NCBI GenBank assembly: GCA_001643675.2
Contig: LSRY02000061.1
Location: forward strand, 124,001-188,000
DNA: 64,000 nucleotides
Source: Monocercomonoides exilis PA203
Lineage: Eukaryota > Protista > Preaxostyla
Direction: 5' to 3'
Within the stretch, counting starts at the first letter, position 1. Each line of letters begins with the position of its first letter. Positions 50,082 to 61,021 of this stretch are shown piece by piece. Under the pieces are notes generated by a model that was not told the DNA's origin, made no database searches, and saw only the letters and a list, made by a program, of their open reading frames with translations. A program made the position numbers and the translations under genes.

Positions 50082-52453
50082 ATGTCTGTTGCATTCAATG
50101 CTGTGAAAGCAACAGGTGTTCCTATTACGGGAGAAGAAGTTGATACTGTTGTGAGTGTGTCAGTTCTTCGAAATTTCAAAAAATAATGTTATTATTTTTG
50201 GCAGGAGCCACACGTGAATCATTAGAAGCTTCAGAAAAAATATGCCGTGCGCTTGTTTCAAGATTTGGCTGCACCTCTGTTGAATCTCGTTTGAAATCAG
50301 CGATTGTTCTCGTTGCTTGCATGGAACGGGGTCATCCATCGTTCAGGGAACAAGTTAGATCTCAAAGTGATTTTTTGAGAAAATTTGCATGTATATTGAC
50401 TCTTTATATTTTATTTTATTTTCAAGTGATTATCACATACTTGCGTATATTTATTTAGCTCAACAACCTCCAATTAGATCAGAAGCAGACAGGGAAAACC
50501 TCGATAAATATGACGAGCAAGCAAAAGTTTGTAAGAAAATTTTGCATTTATTTCATTTACTTTTGCAATTAAGATTGTTTTAAATCAGATGTACGAAAAA
50601 GGAAATAAACAAATTATCGTGAATGATGATTCTAATGATTTTCTAAGTGACATGGAGTCAAAAGCAAGAAGAGTTGGTCCAATGCGAACACTTGAGGGGG
50701 TTGGATCCAATACAGTTGAGCGTTTGAACCTTTTCTTTGCGAGCATTCTTTAACTGTGAATTGTTTTGTTTATTTTGCATTTTTTTTTATATGACCAGGT
50801 TCAGAGCGAAACACTGTGAGTGCTATATCAGGCGGAGTATTCACACCAACCGTCAAGTTTGGAGTAAACGAGAGGGTCGATTCAACTTTCAAGATCACAG
50901 GGGATCCTGTGGCAGCATCTGAAAGAATGCCAAATTTCCGCTCTTCTGCTGTTCCGAATGATTTTGACTCAAGAACACTGGCTCCTCGAAGACTGGGCGG
51001 CTTTGACGAGGAAGAAGCAGCAGACGAGCAGTACAGCCAACCTCAGAGAGGGCAATACACTACAGCTCGCACAGCAGAAGCTATTCGCGAAGGACTATCA
51101 GCCTCAGTTGGTTCAGATGTATATGACAGATCATATGCAACTGGACCTGCAACATCAACATATATTCCATCCTCAGCAACAGCATCAGTTTCAAATAAAG
51201 TTGTTTTCCCAGATGTGAGATCTACAACAGGGGAGTTAGAGCAAAAGCTTGTTGAAGATGTTTGCGTGGCTGCAGGTGTAGGAGTTTCACCACCAAAGCA
51301 AGTGATGTCACATTTCGTTGAGACAGCAAAGCGACTGGATCTTGCATTTGTTGTGGCATGCTTGGCGGACAAGTGTTTGGGAGAGAGTGCAGTTCCAAAG
51401 GCAAAGTCGTATTTCTGTCTGGCAGCGCTGACTGAGCCGTCTTTTGTGGCGCAACGTCCAACTGTAATGGGGCTGGTGAGGGCACAGAAAGATGCTATTT
51501 CAAGAGGAGCCAGGCTTCTCACTAATGCAGCAGCAAAACAGAAAGCTGCCATTGTTCTGGAAAGGATTGAATCAAAAGACGTGGAATGTGCTCCTGCTTC
51601 TGCTCAACCAACACCTCAGTCCAATCAGATTCATAACCCAATCGCTCGAAGAGCTGTTGCAATGACTTCAGCGGAATCAACATCAAAAACATCAGCGAAG
51701 AATGGAACAAGCAAACCAAAAAGCAAACATATTGCAGAAGACAATCCTTTGATTGCAATAGATTGGACTACACAAGAATCTTCTCATTCTTCTTTTACGT
51801 CTTCTGCTGCTTCAACTTCTTCAACAGCAATACCATCAAATGCAACCAAAACACACACTGCAGCAGAAGAATTGTCCAAAATATTCTCACCACCGGAGCT
51901 GTCTGATGATACCAATGATCCTTTTGGCTTAAATTCTGAGGCATCATCATCATCATTAACAACCACAACAACTGGACAGGCTAAACAACAAGAACAGCCA
52001 ATCAACTCTATTGTTGCCGAACTCACTGCATTAACCACGAAGCCAGTAATGCCTCCTTATTATCCGGCACCAGTAAATATCCATACGCAAACACATCCAT
52101 TTTCTTTGCCACACACACAGCCTCAGATTTTACAGCAAACTCAACCACCGCCAATGCCAATGCCAATGCCAATGCAGAACTTCGGGTATTCTTATCCAGC
52201 AGCAGCTGCAGTGAATCCGATGATGCCAAAGAATGTGATGCCACTGATGGGTACATCAGCAGCTGCACAACGTCCAATGCAGGCGATCCAATTTGCACAG
52301 ATCCCATCGCCGTATGTGAAAGAGAAGGCGCATATTGTGAATTTGAAAAAAGGGGCTTCAAGTGAATCGAGCGAGGAAAGTGCGTTTGACTTTATGAAAG
52401 GAAGTTCTGATGATGCGTTCGATTTTGTTGGGGACTTAATGAAGAGCACTTAA
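50082..52453 (+). CDS. Tepsin/MTV1-like AP-4 accessory protein (ENTH/VHS-like, multi-exon)
   Basis: N-terminal ENTH-like helices (ESRLKSAIVLVACMERGHPSFREQVR), GVGSN motif, second VHS-like block EQKLVEDVCVAAGVGVSPPKQVMSHFV, C-terminal SAFDFMK...AFDFVGDLM; start approximate. Confidence 0.7.
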
Positions 52454-53509
52454 TTATTGCCTTTTATTTTTACGAATTTTAATTTTGGATAATTTTTGGT
52501 TAGCAATCCTTTTTCATTACGATTTTATGATTATTGTTATTTGGTTTTTATGAATTTGTTAATGTTTTGATGTTTCGTTATTGCTGACGAAATTTTATTC
52601 GTTTTGGATTGTATGTTTATGCTTTGAACGGATTAATTTATTTTTTTATTTTTTATTTTTTTATTTTTTATTTAAAAATTTTAAAACTCACTCATGATAT
52701 ATTTTCAATTATGAGAACACAATTCTCTCTTTTCTTTTAAATATTGTTTCTGTGACTGATGATTCGCTTTCATTGATATTTTTTGGAATTTATTGTATTC
52801 ATTATAATTATTATTGTTTATCTGATGAATTTTTTTGAACTTTGTTCGTTTCTTTCAGTAATTTGCTTGATAATTTTAGAATATCTGTAATTTGTATTTG
52901 AGCATCTTTGGATTACTCCACCTCACATAAGCAATCCGCAGATAACTTCTTTTAATTAAAAATTACTTTTGATTTGAAAAATTTGATTGTTCATTGGTTA
53001 TTTTGCAATCAATGTTCAAAAGGGGAATAGCAAAGCTAATTTTTCATATTTTTTTTTGTTTTTGTTGAATAATCAGGTGCATTATGTTGCAACGACAAAG
53101 ACGTTTGATCCAGAAAAATAATGATGGAAAAGCAAAACACAAAAAGTAGAAAGGAAGAAGACATAACATGCGAGATAGAAATACAGAAAATACAAACACA
53201 ACAATGCAGAAGACGACAATTAAATAAAGATATGATTAATACGAAAAAACAAATAAGTGCATGAATAATGAAAAGGATGTGAAAACGTTGAATGCATCAT
53301 AAATACTTTATGTACATCTTCTGCATAAAGATAAGTGTTTTTAACTTCAATATTTCTAACCATTCTTCCTTTTGACAAACTGCCTATACATTTTCTCATC
53401 TTTCAAAATAATTGTTAATTATTATTTTTTTTTATTCTTTTGGATCAAGCCAATTCAGCACTGCCCTTTTCACGCACCGGACAGTCAACTGAATCTCTTC
53501 AAGATGCAA

Positions 53510-55055
53510 TTAGCTCTTTTGAGCTTTTCCCAATGCAGGAAATGCATTGTCGTTGATCTTAGCAGCAGCTGGCTTTGGTCCTCTTGCCTGTGCGGCATCT
53601 CTTGGTTTCTTGGCTGCGTTTGATGTTGAGGCATTTGCTCCTTGCTTTCCTGGTTGGTATTGCATCTTCTGGTTGGCTGGCTTGTTAGCTGAGTTATCTG
53701 GCTTTGAAACTGGGGTAACTGTGGTGCCTTGTCCTGGACGCCATGTCTGTGCAACAACAGGTTGGTCAACTGCTGGAGCTGCAGCAGCGGCGGAGGCTGA
53801 GGCTGGTGCGGGCTTGGCTGCTTGTGGTTTGTCTCCCATGCGGCGTCCTTTGCCGTCCTCGGGCTTTCTTCCTCTGCGGTTGTCGCTTTCCTTGCGTGGT
53901 TGCACACCTTGGAAGAACCAGGCGGTTGAGAACTCTGCAACCTTAACAGTTGGTTCGTTGTCCTTCTTCTTTTTCGGTTGTGGTTGTTGCTTTGGCTTAA
54001 TGATTTCAGGGAGAAGAGAGTTTTCTTCTTCTTCTTTCTTCTCTTCTTTTTTCTCCTCTTTCTTTCCAGCTTTCTTTGGCTCTTCCTTCTTGGCTGCCTT
54101 CTTATCTCCCTTCTTTTCTACTTTTTTTGGTTCCTCTTTTTTGCCGCCTTTCTTTGGCTCTTCCTTCTTTGCTCCTTTCTTGGGTTCTTCCTTTTTGCCA
54201 GATTTTTTCTCATCTTTCTTTTCAGTCTTTTTCTCCTCTTTCTTTTCAGTCTTTTTCTCTTCTTTTTTCTCTTCCTTCTTTTCCACTTTCTTTTCAGCTT
54301 TCTTTTCGGTCTTCTTCTGCTCTTTTGCTGGCTTTGGCTTTGGTGCAGATTTTCCTTCGCTGATAACTGTATATTGAGACAAATCAATAGATTCATCAGT
54401 CTCAATATGTGCAGCTTTACGTTCCTTGAACAATACTCTCTGAGCTGCCAAGTTGGCTTCATATTCTTCAAGAGTCTTTGCATTTTCCAAGAATTTTCTT
54501 CTTTCCTCTTTTTTCTTTTCTTCTTCAAGTGCCTTTCTCTCTTCAGGTGTCAATTCAGGAACTTTTTCTTTCTTCTCGTCTTTTTTCTCTTCTGTCTTTG
54601 CTGTTCCTTCAACTTCGGCTTTCTTTTCTTCTGTTTTTTCCTCTCCAGCAACTTCCTTCAACACTTCTTCCTTTGCTTCTTCAACTTCATGTTTATCGAC
54701 AGTGCTTCCCCAACCACCGTGGCCGCCTTTAGCAACTTCCTTTCTGTACGCACAAAAAAGAATTTTAATTAAAAAAATTTGAATACCAGAAAAAAATTCC
54801 AAACCCTCTTCCAGTTCCTGAAATGCGATCATAAACTCTCTTTTCTGGACGTGCTGCATCAACAACTGGCTGGAATCCATGAGCATCTTTCTTATCTGAA
54901 GCAGCTCCTTTCTTTTCTGAAGCTTTTGCAGCTTTTGTTTGGGAACGAGTTGCTTCTTGCAGTTTTTGTTGCTTTTGTCCCTTCTTTCCGAGCTTTTCGT
55001 TCCTTTTTTCTTCAGCCAACAGTAAATCAAACAAGTTACCAGACTTTGACGCCAT
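53510..55055 (-). CDS. SERBP1/Stm1-like (HABP4_PAI-RBP1) ribosome/RNA-binding protein
   Basis: MASKSGNLFDLL; KRVYDRISGTGRG, intron 54744-54804, KEVAKGGHGGWGS; KTLEEYEA; INDNAFPALG. Confidence 0.85.
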
Positions 55056-55580
55056 GCTTACCGTAAGATCGAATTAAATATTCATCAATACAAATACATA
55101 AAAACATCAATTTAAAATTATTAAAATATTTGCACAATGATGCATTGTTAAAAAATCAATTCGATATAATAGAAACAAATATTAAATAATATTTTCAAAA
55201 AAGCATTTTTAAAAGGAATAACTATTAAATTAACTTGACAAACATTATTCTATTATCAGACAATCTGATCACACAACCATATTTTGAAATGATTCATTTT
55301 GTTTCATGTTAAGGATTCTTCTTCCAAACAAAAAGAGAATAATGAAATCAAAAGATATTATTAATAAGACACAACGAAAGAAAGACTTACTCAAAGTTGA
55401 TAAACTTTTTTTTTTTTTGAAAAATAACAATAAAAATCACATCTCTTTCATAGATATTTTATTGGAATGAAAAATATTTTGAAATTTATAAAATATAAAA
55501 CGAATCTTTCATCATCAACGACCATAATGCATTTCTGATAAATTTATTTTTTTATTAATTTTTACACAGAATTCAAATTT

Positions 55581-58500
55581 ATGTTGTGCAAATGCATCAC
55601 CGATGCTACATTACCTTGCAGTTGTATTGCGTTATTTAACCAAAATCAGCACGAACCAATTTTTCAATGCTTTTCAAAACATTTATTTCAGTTGTGCACC
55701 TTGATTGCGTCAATTTCCGAACTCCAAAAAAGTGTAACATTTCAAGCATATATAATTCTACGACCTTCCTTAAAGGATTTTGATTTGGCATTTCCTGAAA
55801 ATATTTCCAAGAAATTTAGTATTTTTTTATGTAAAAACGAGCAATTCACAGTTCAAATTGAAAAGGTTGAAGCTGTGGAAACACCGATTAAACTTATTCA
55901 ATTTATCAAGGGAAATACACGAGTGTATCCACCAATATCACAATTTTCTCATTTGAAGGAAAAATGCTTATTTTCTGCTTCCAATGAACAAAATGCTCAA
56001 ATTGTTGAAAAATTAAATGCTTGGTGTCATTCGGCGCAAATTTTTGAATTGTTGGAAGAAATTGTTTTATTTTTGGAACAACGGCTTTTTCTTCCACAAT
56101 TTTCGCAGCGCTTTCAAATTTTATGCGCTTCTTTTTTAAATCGCAAGAATTTTTCAGAATTATATTCAAGTGACATAAAACTACCACAGCATCGTACGTT
56201 TTCTCCAAGTGGATTTATTGTTACAGGCTTTGAAGGTGTTGGAAAAACAAAATTTATCGACTGTGCAATGTGGATAGTTCAGAAGACTATTTTTACCTAT
56301 CAGAATGAGAACTACGAGCATCGATTGGAACAGCTTTCAGAAGAAGACCGAAAGATGTTTCAATGCCTATCCATTATTTCAGCGCCGCTTGACGGTTTAT
56401 CATCTCTTAGCGACATTTTGAATACATTACGCTATCGAAACATGCTGATCACAAGCGAAGCTGACGAAGATGCATCTACACAAGAAATACAGAAAGATGA
56501 GTTCATGAGCAATGCAACTTCATCAGTTGATACAGAAAGTGAGATGACTGAGTTTATTTCATCATTGGACTTTGGAGAATTCGAAAGAGAGGAATCGAGG
56601 AAGAGTACAACAGACACAGATAAAAGCACAAACACACATAGCATACTGCAATACATGACTTATGCATTGAAGACACTGCCATTCATTCTTGTGATGGATC
56701 ATCTGGATGAATTCTTGCGTTTGCCTGCGCTGCCGTCAGGCGAGACAGCAGTTTCGCTTCTTCAGTCTCTTTTTTCAGATTCCTTTGCATTTCCTGTGGT
56801 TGTCTTAGCAGTCACAACAACATTTGGAACACACACTTCTCTTTCTTCGTCTTTGTCTTCTTCGTCCTCGTCCACTTCTTCAAGTTCTTCTTCCTCTTCT
56901 TCATCCACTGCTTCTTCTTCTTATCAATCTATTTATTCACAAGCATGCAGTCTATTTTTACGTCAGACACGTTTTTCCAGAGTTTTCAGGTTTCCTCGTC
57001 TTTCTTCTTATTCATTCCTTCGAAGCAATCTCAAACAATTTGCAATGCTTCCAGCTAAAATCGTCGATTCATCAATTGTCATAAACATTGACTATGCCAA
57101 TCAAGAAAACTGCTTCCTCACTTCATCGTTGTCTCCATCAACTTCTCCTTCTCATTCACATGAACACACTTCATTCAACTCACATGTCTTAGATTTGCTG
57201 TCCAGCTGGATTTTTCGCTATTTGCCTGGTTTTTCTTTGAGAGAGCTCAAAAGACTGCTTTTGTTTGCAGTCGTAATACAAGACTGCGATTTGAAGAGAA
57301 TATTCAATCAGAAAAAAATGAAGAAAGAGAAAAAAGAGGAAAAAGATCTGGATGATAGAAGAAAGAGCAAAAAAGATAGAAAACGATTAGCTGAAATACC
57401 AACCCCATTGTCTGCTTCTTCCTCTCAATCATCGCCATCCCCTTCTTCTTCTTCATCCCCTTCCTCTTTCTCATCCTCTGATCAGTCGCCTTTAATCTCT
57501 TCTACCTCAACAACCTCAAGTAACTGTTTAGTGTTCAATGAAGAGATTATCAAAAAAGCAGCTAAAATGACAAGGCCAGGTTCAAAAATGGCCAACTCAC
57601 ATGATATTTCTGATTCAACACCAAATTCTCTTCCTTCAAACACATCTGACACAACTGCTCAATCATCTCATTCTCCGTCTCCATCTTCAGACACCATATC
57701 ACATGCACTTCCAAATGACAATAAGTCCATCCTTCAACAGAATTCACTTCATTCATCCATTCACTTCACTTCACTTTCTCATCTTCTGTCAACTCCAGCT
57801 GACCAGATCACAATGCCAGTTGTGGTGTCAGCTTTGCGCTCCTTCTTTCTTTCTGATGTTGTCGGATACGACTCAGTCAAGAAGCAGCTGTTTGACATTC
57901 TGATCCTGCCTTCTCTCGCCAAGCTCTCTCACACTCTTTCTAACACATCGTATTTATCTCAATATTCTCAATCTTCTCAATCTTCTCAATCTTCTCATTC
58001 TTCTCATTCTTCTCTAACACATTTGCCTCGTTCCCTTCCTCTGCAGACATTTGGAATCATCCTGCACGGCCCATCTGGCTGCGGCAAGTCTCACATTGCG
58101 TCTTCTCTTTCCTCCTTCTTTTCTTCATCAGCATCAAACATTGTGTCGCTCCCTCTCCTTCTCCGCTCTTCTTTGGGCGACTCAGAAAAGACGATCAAAC
58201 AGCTTTTTGCGGACTGCCGGCAGAATCGGCCGTCTGTACTGGTGTTTGACCATTTGGATGCAGTGGGGCAAAAGAGAGGAGGGATTATGGGAGGGAAAAG
58301 CGGAAGTGATGATGGTGGGAATGATGTGTTTAGCAGAATTGTGACTCAATTGCTAACAGAAATGGATGGGATATCAGGAGAAGATGCAGAAGAAGGAGAA
58401 GGACGGTTTTTATCTCGAGTGGATGATGATGATGATGGTGATGATGATACTTTAGCAGAAAAATCTGATTCAAAAAAAGAAGAAGATAATGCAAATGATA

Positions 58501-58988
58501 ACAGTTATGCATTAAGTCAATATTTTTCGCTCTCTCAATATTGCATAGTTGTTGGATTGTGTGAAGATATCAAGGTAATTGACCCAGCGTTGGCACGCCC
58601 TGGAAGATTTGAGCATCACATTGAAATTCCTCTTCCTGAAGCGAATGACAGGAAAGCTCTCCTAAAGGAATGGCTAACACCAGTTTCAAAAGAGGAGATA
58701 GAAAAAACAGACATATCAAAATGCTCAAAAGAAAATGCTCATTCAACTTCAAAAATTTGCGTTACAAAATCGTATGGAAAAAAGAAAGAACAAAGTCCAA
58801 CAGAAAATGATTGGTTTGATGCATTTATTGAAAGAGCTGCAAGAAAGAGCGAAGGAATGTCAAGCTCATCAATAAAGGCATCCATTAGAGATTCTGTTTT
58901 GGATTCAATAAGCAAAAAAGATAAGCCCCATTGGATAATTAACACTTCATCTTTAATAAAATCACTTCAAAAGAGAAAAAATTACTAA
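55581..58988 (+). CDS. Divergent two-domain AAA+ ATPase (CDC48/AFG2/NVL/PEX1 clade)
   Basis: D1 GFEGVGKT and ILVMDHLDE; D2 DVVGYDSVKKQL, GIILHGPSGCGKS, GDSEKTIKQLF, VLVFDHLDAVG, RIVTQLLTEMDG, IDPALARPGRFE; 5' end may extend via upstream exons. Confidence 0.8.
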   Translation: MLCKCITDATLPCSCIALFNQNQHEPIFQCFSKHLFQLCTLIASISELQKSVTFQAYIILRPSLKDFDLAFPENISKKFSIFLCKNEQFTVQIEKVEAVETPIKLIQFIKGNTRVYPPISQFSHLKEKCLFSASNEQNAQIVEKLNAWCHSAQIFELLEEIVLFLEQRLFLPQFSQRFQILCASFLNRKNFSELYSSDIKLPQHRTFSPSGFIVTGFEGVGKTKFIDCAMWIVQKTIFTYQNENYEHRLEQLSEEDRKMFQCLSIISAPLDGLSSLSDILNTLRYRNMLITSEADEDASTQEIQKDEFMSNATSSVDTESEMTEFISSLDFGEFEREESRKSTTDTDKSTNTHSILQYMTYALKTLPFILVMDHLDEFLRLPALPSGETAVSLLQSLFSDSFAFPVVVLAVTTTFGTHTSLSSSLSSSSSSTSSSSSSSSSSTASSSYQSIYSQACSLFLRQTRFSRVFRFPRLSSYSFLRSNLKQFAMLPAKIVDSSIVINIDYANQENCFLTSSLSPSTSPSHSHEHTSFNSHVLDLLSSWIFRYLPGFSLRELKRLLLFAVVIQDCDLKRIFNQKKMKKEKKEEKDLDDRRKSKKDRKRLAEIPTPLSASSSQSSPSPSSSSSPSSFSSSDQSPLISSTSTTSSNCLVFNEEIIKKAAKMTRPGSKMANSHDISDSTPNSLPSNTSDTTAQSSHSPSPSSDTISHALPNDNKSILQQNSLHSSIHFTSLSHLLSTPADQITMPVVVSALRSFFLSDVVGYDSVKKQLFDILILPSLAKLSHTLSNTSYLSQYSQSSQSSQSSHSSHSSLTHLPRSLPLQTFGIILHGPSGCGKSHIASSLSSFFSSSASNIVSLPLLLRSSLGDSEKTIKQLFADCRQNRPSVLVFDHLDAVGQKRGGIMGGKSGSDDGGNDVFSRIVTQLLTEMDGISGEDAEEGEGRFLSRVDDDDDGDDDTLAEKSDSKKEEDNANDNSYALSQYFSLSQYCIVVGLCEDIKVIDPALARPGRFEHHIEIPLPEANDRKALLKEWLTPVSKEEIEKTDISKCSKENAHSTSKICVTKSYGKKKEQSPTENDWFDAFIERAARKSEGMSSSSIKASIRDSVLDSISKKDKPHWIINTSSLIKSLQKRKNY

Positions 58989-59286
58989 TGCTAACATTTC
59001 AATGATAACGTGTTTGAAAAAGATTCAAAATTAACAATTTAACTTTAATTATTGTCCCATAATTATTTTTGTAACATCATAATTATTCTTCAAATCTCCT
59101 ATTAGACAGATGATATGAGTTCTAATAAAAAGGTTGAAGCACACTTTAAATTTAAGAAAATTTTCGAATGGTGAAAAAAACTGTAAGCACATGTATTTTA
59201 AAACTTCGCTTACTAATGTTTGATGTCAATTCGAAAGTCCTTGATCTATCATCAGCTTACCCAAGCTCCTTATTTGAATTAACAAA

Positions 59287-60769
59287 ATGACAATTTTTGT
59301 TGATGATGAAGAGAATAGCGTTTGTTTTTCTTATTTTTCGATTTTGAATTTGATAAGTCATTTGCAGACAATTCCCTCATGGTCTTTACTATGTAAAGAA
59401 ATAAGCATTTTCGCTTGGATAAAGGACACCATTCCACAATTTGAATTATTTCTTCCTTCATTTTTGACTTCTTTGAAAAATGGATCTTTGATTGCTGCTA
59501 TTGTTGATCATTTCACTCCAAATATTTGTGAAAATGATGAAGAAGAAACATTCTATGGTCCGATTTGTAGGTATTCGCCAATAACCGCATATAATTCAGT
59601 CTTCGCATCGTTTATAGGCTTGCTGCAACACTTATCAAATATTATAATTTATCAAGTTTATTTGTTTAGATTTACCATTTTTTTTGTTTCTTGATGAAGA
59701 GCATGTCACCTCTGGAACAGCTATTGAACATTCATTAGATTCGCTTTTATTTGTGCAAAACAAACTTTCGAGGAAAGAAAGATTGATTTCGTTATACATG
59801 AATCCTGATCATCCTCTCGTTTTTGATCCAAATCAGCTTCTTCTTGAAAGCACTGCTATCATCAGTCAAGAAGCAGTTTCTTCTCACCTATTCATCGCAA
59901 CAAACGTTTCAACATGTGATGACGAGAAGAAAGAATTTCAAAGCACAAGGCCAAATGAGCCTTTCCATTTTGCTCATCAGAATGATGAAGAACGTACAGA
60001 AAACGAGAAATGCGAGTCCAACGAAGAGCAACGTGCAATTCCTCGTATTGTGCAAGTTGAACAGCGCTCTGTATCTTCTTTTAGCGATTCTCCTTTCTCA
60101 GAAAGGCAGAACGATAAGAAAGATGTGGCTTTATCTCCAGAACAGATAAAACAAACTGAATTGGATGAATCAAATGAATTAGATAAAATCGAAGAAGAAG
60201 AAGAAGAAAAAGAAGAGCTTTCATCTGAACATTCTTCAATGAGTAATATGCTTGCATATCAATCTTCATTGCCTTTATCTCATTCATCATCATCCTTATT
60301 CACCCCGAGCGCTCAAAATCTTACTCATCCAACTTCATCAACCAGACAAATTGACCGCTTTTTCTTTCGGATTTCATTTTTTATCTCCTTCTTTTTCGTC
60401 GTTGCTTTTGCTGTGATTTTACTTGTGTTCGAAGAGAGACAAGGCTTATTTGCAGACGATTTCGTTCTGAAGACTTCCAGTTCAAGTAAATATTCTTCGA
60501 ATGATATTTCTCGAATTCCACAAAGAGTGATTCCTTCGCACATTAGCAGTCGAACTATGAAGGGTTTCCCTCCGATTAGCGAAACTGATGACAAAAGCAA
60601 TTATGAAAGGCAGAAAAATGAACGGCAATCTCAGCAGGAATATATTCAACGAGAGAAGTTCAGATCTATTGCACCAGATTTGGCAAAAAAATTACCAGTT
60701 CCTCAGCGTGCTCAGTTTCAACGACCTCGCATCACTTCACGCATTGTTGGAGAAGAAAATTATAATTAA
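59287..60769 (+). CDS. Hypothetical membrane protein with N-terminal calponin-homology-like segment and single TM
   Basis: WIKDTIP...FLTSLKNGSLIAAIVDHFTP resembles a CH domain; TM ISFFISFFFVVAFAVILLVF; junction at ~59600-59700 unresolved. Confidence 0.5.
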
Positions 60770-61021
60770 AATAGTGATAAATTTTTTATTTGGTGATTAT
60801 TTTTGTACTACGCTTCAATTTATCTATTTTTTTAAATTTGTCAGAAACTGCATATTTAATAAAAGTATTTTTTGTTATTATATTTGGAATTTGCGAAAAT
60901 TGAAAAAAAGGAAATCACAACAAAAACATCTTCGTCTTATGGGTTTAGTAGTATTTTTTTTACTTGCATTTTCGGAGTATTACAAAGAGGTGGTGCGCGA
61001 GACTTATAGGATTGCGCGTGA

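Noticed and set aside
53547-55066. Plus-strand hydrophobic ORFs
   Set aside because: Antisense shadows of the Lys/Glu-rich SERBP1-like gene
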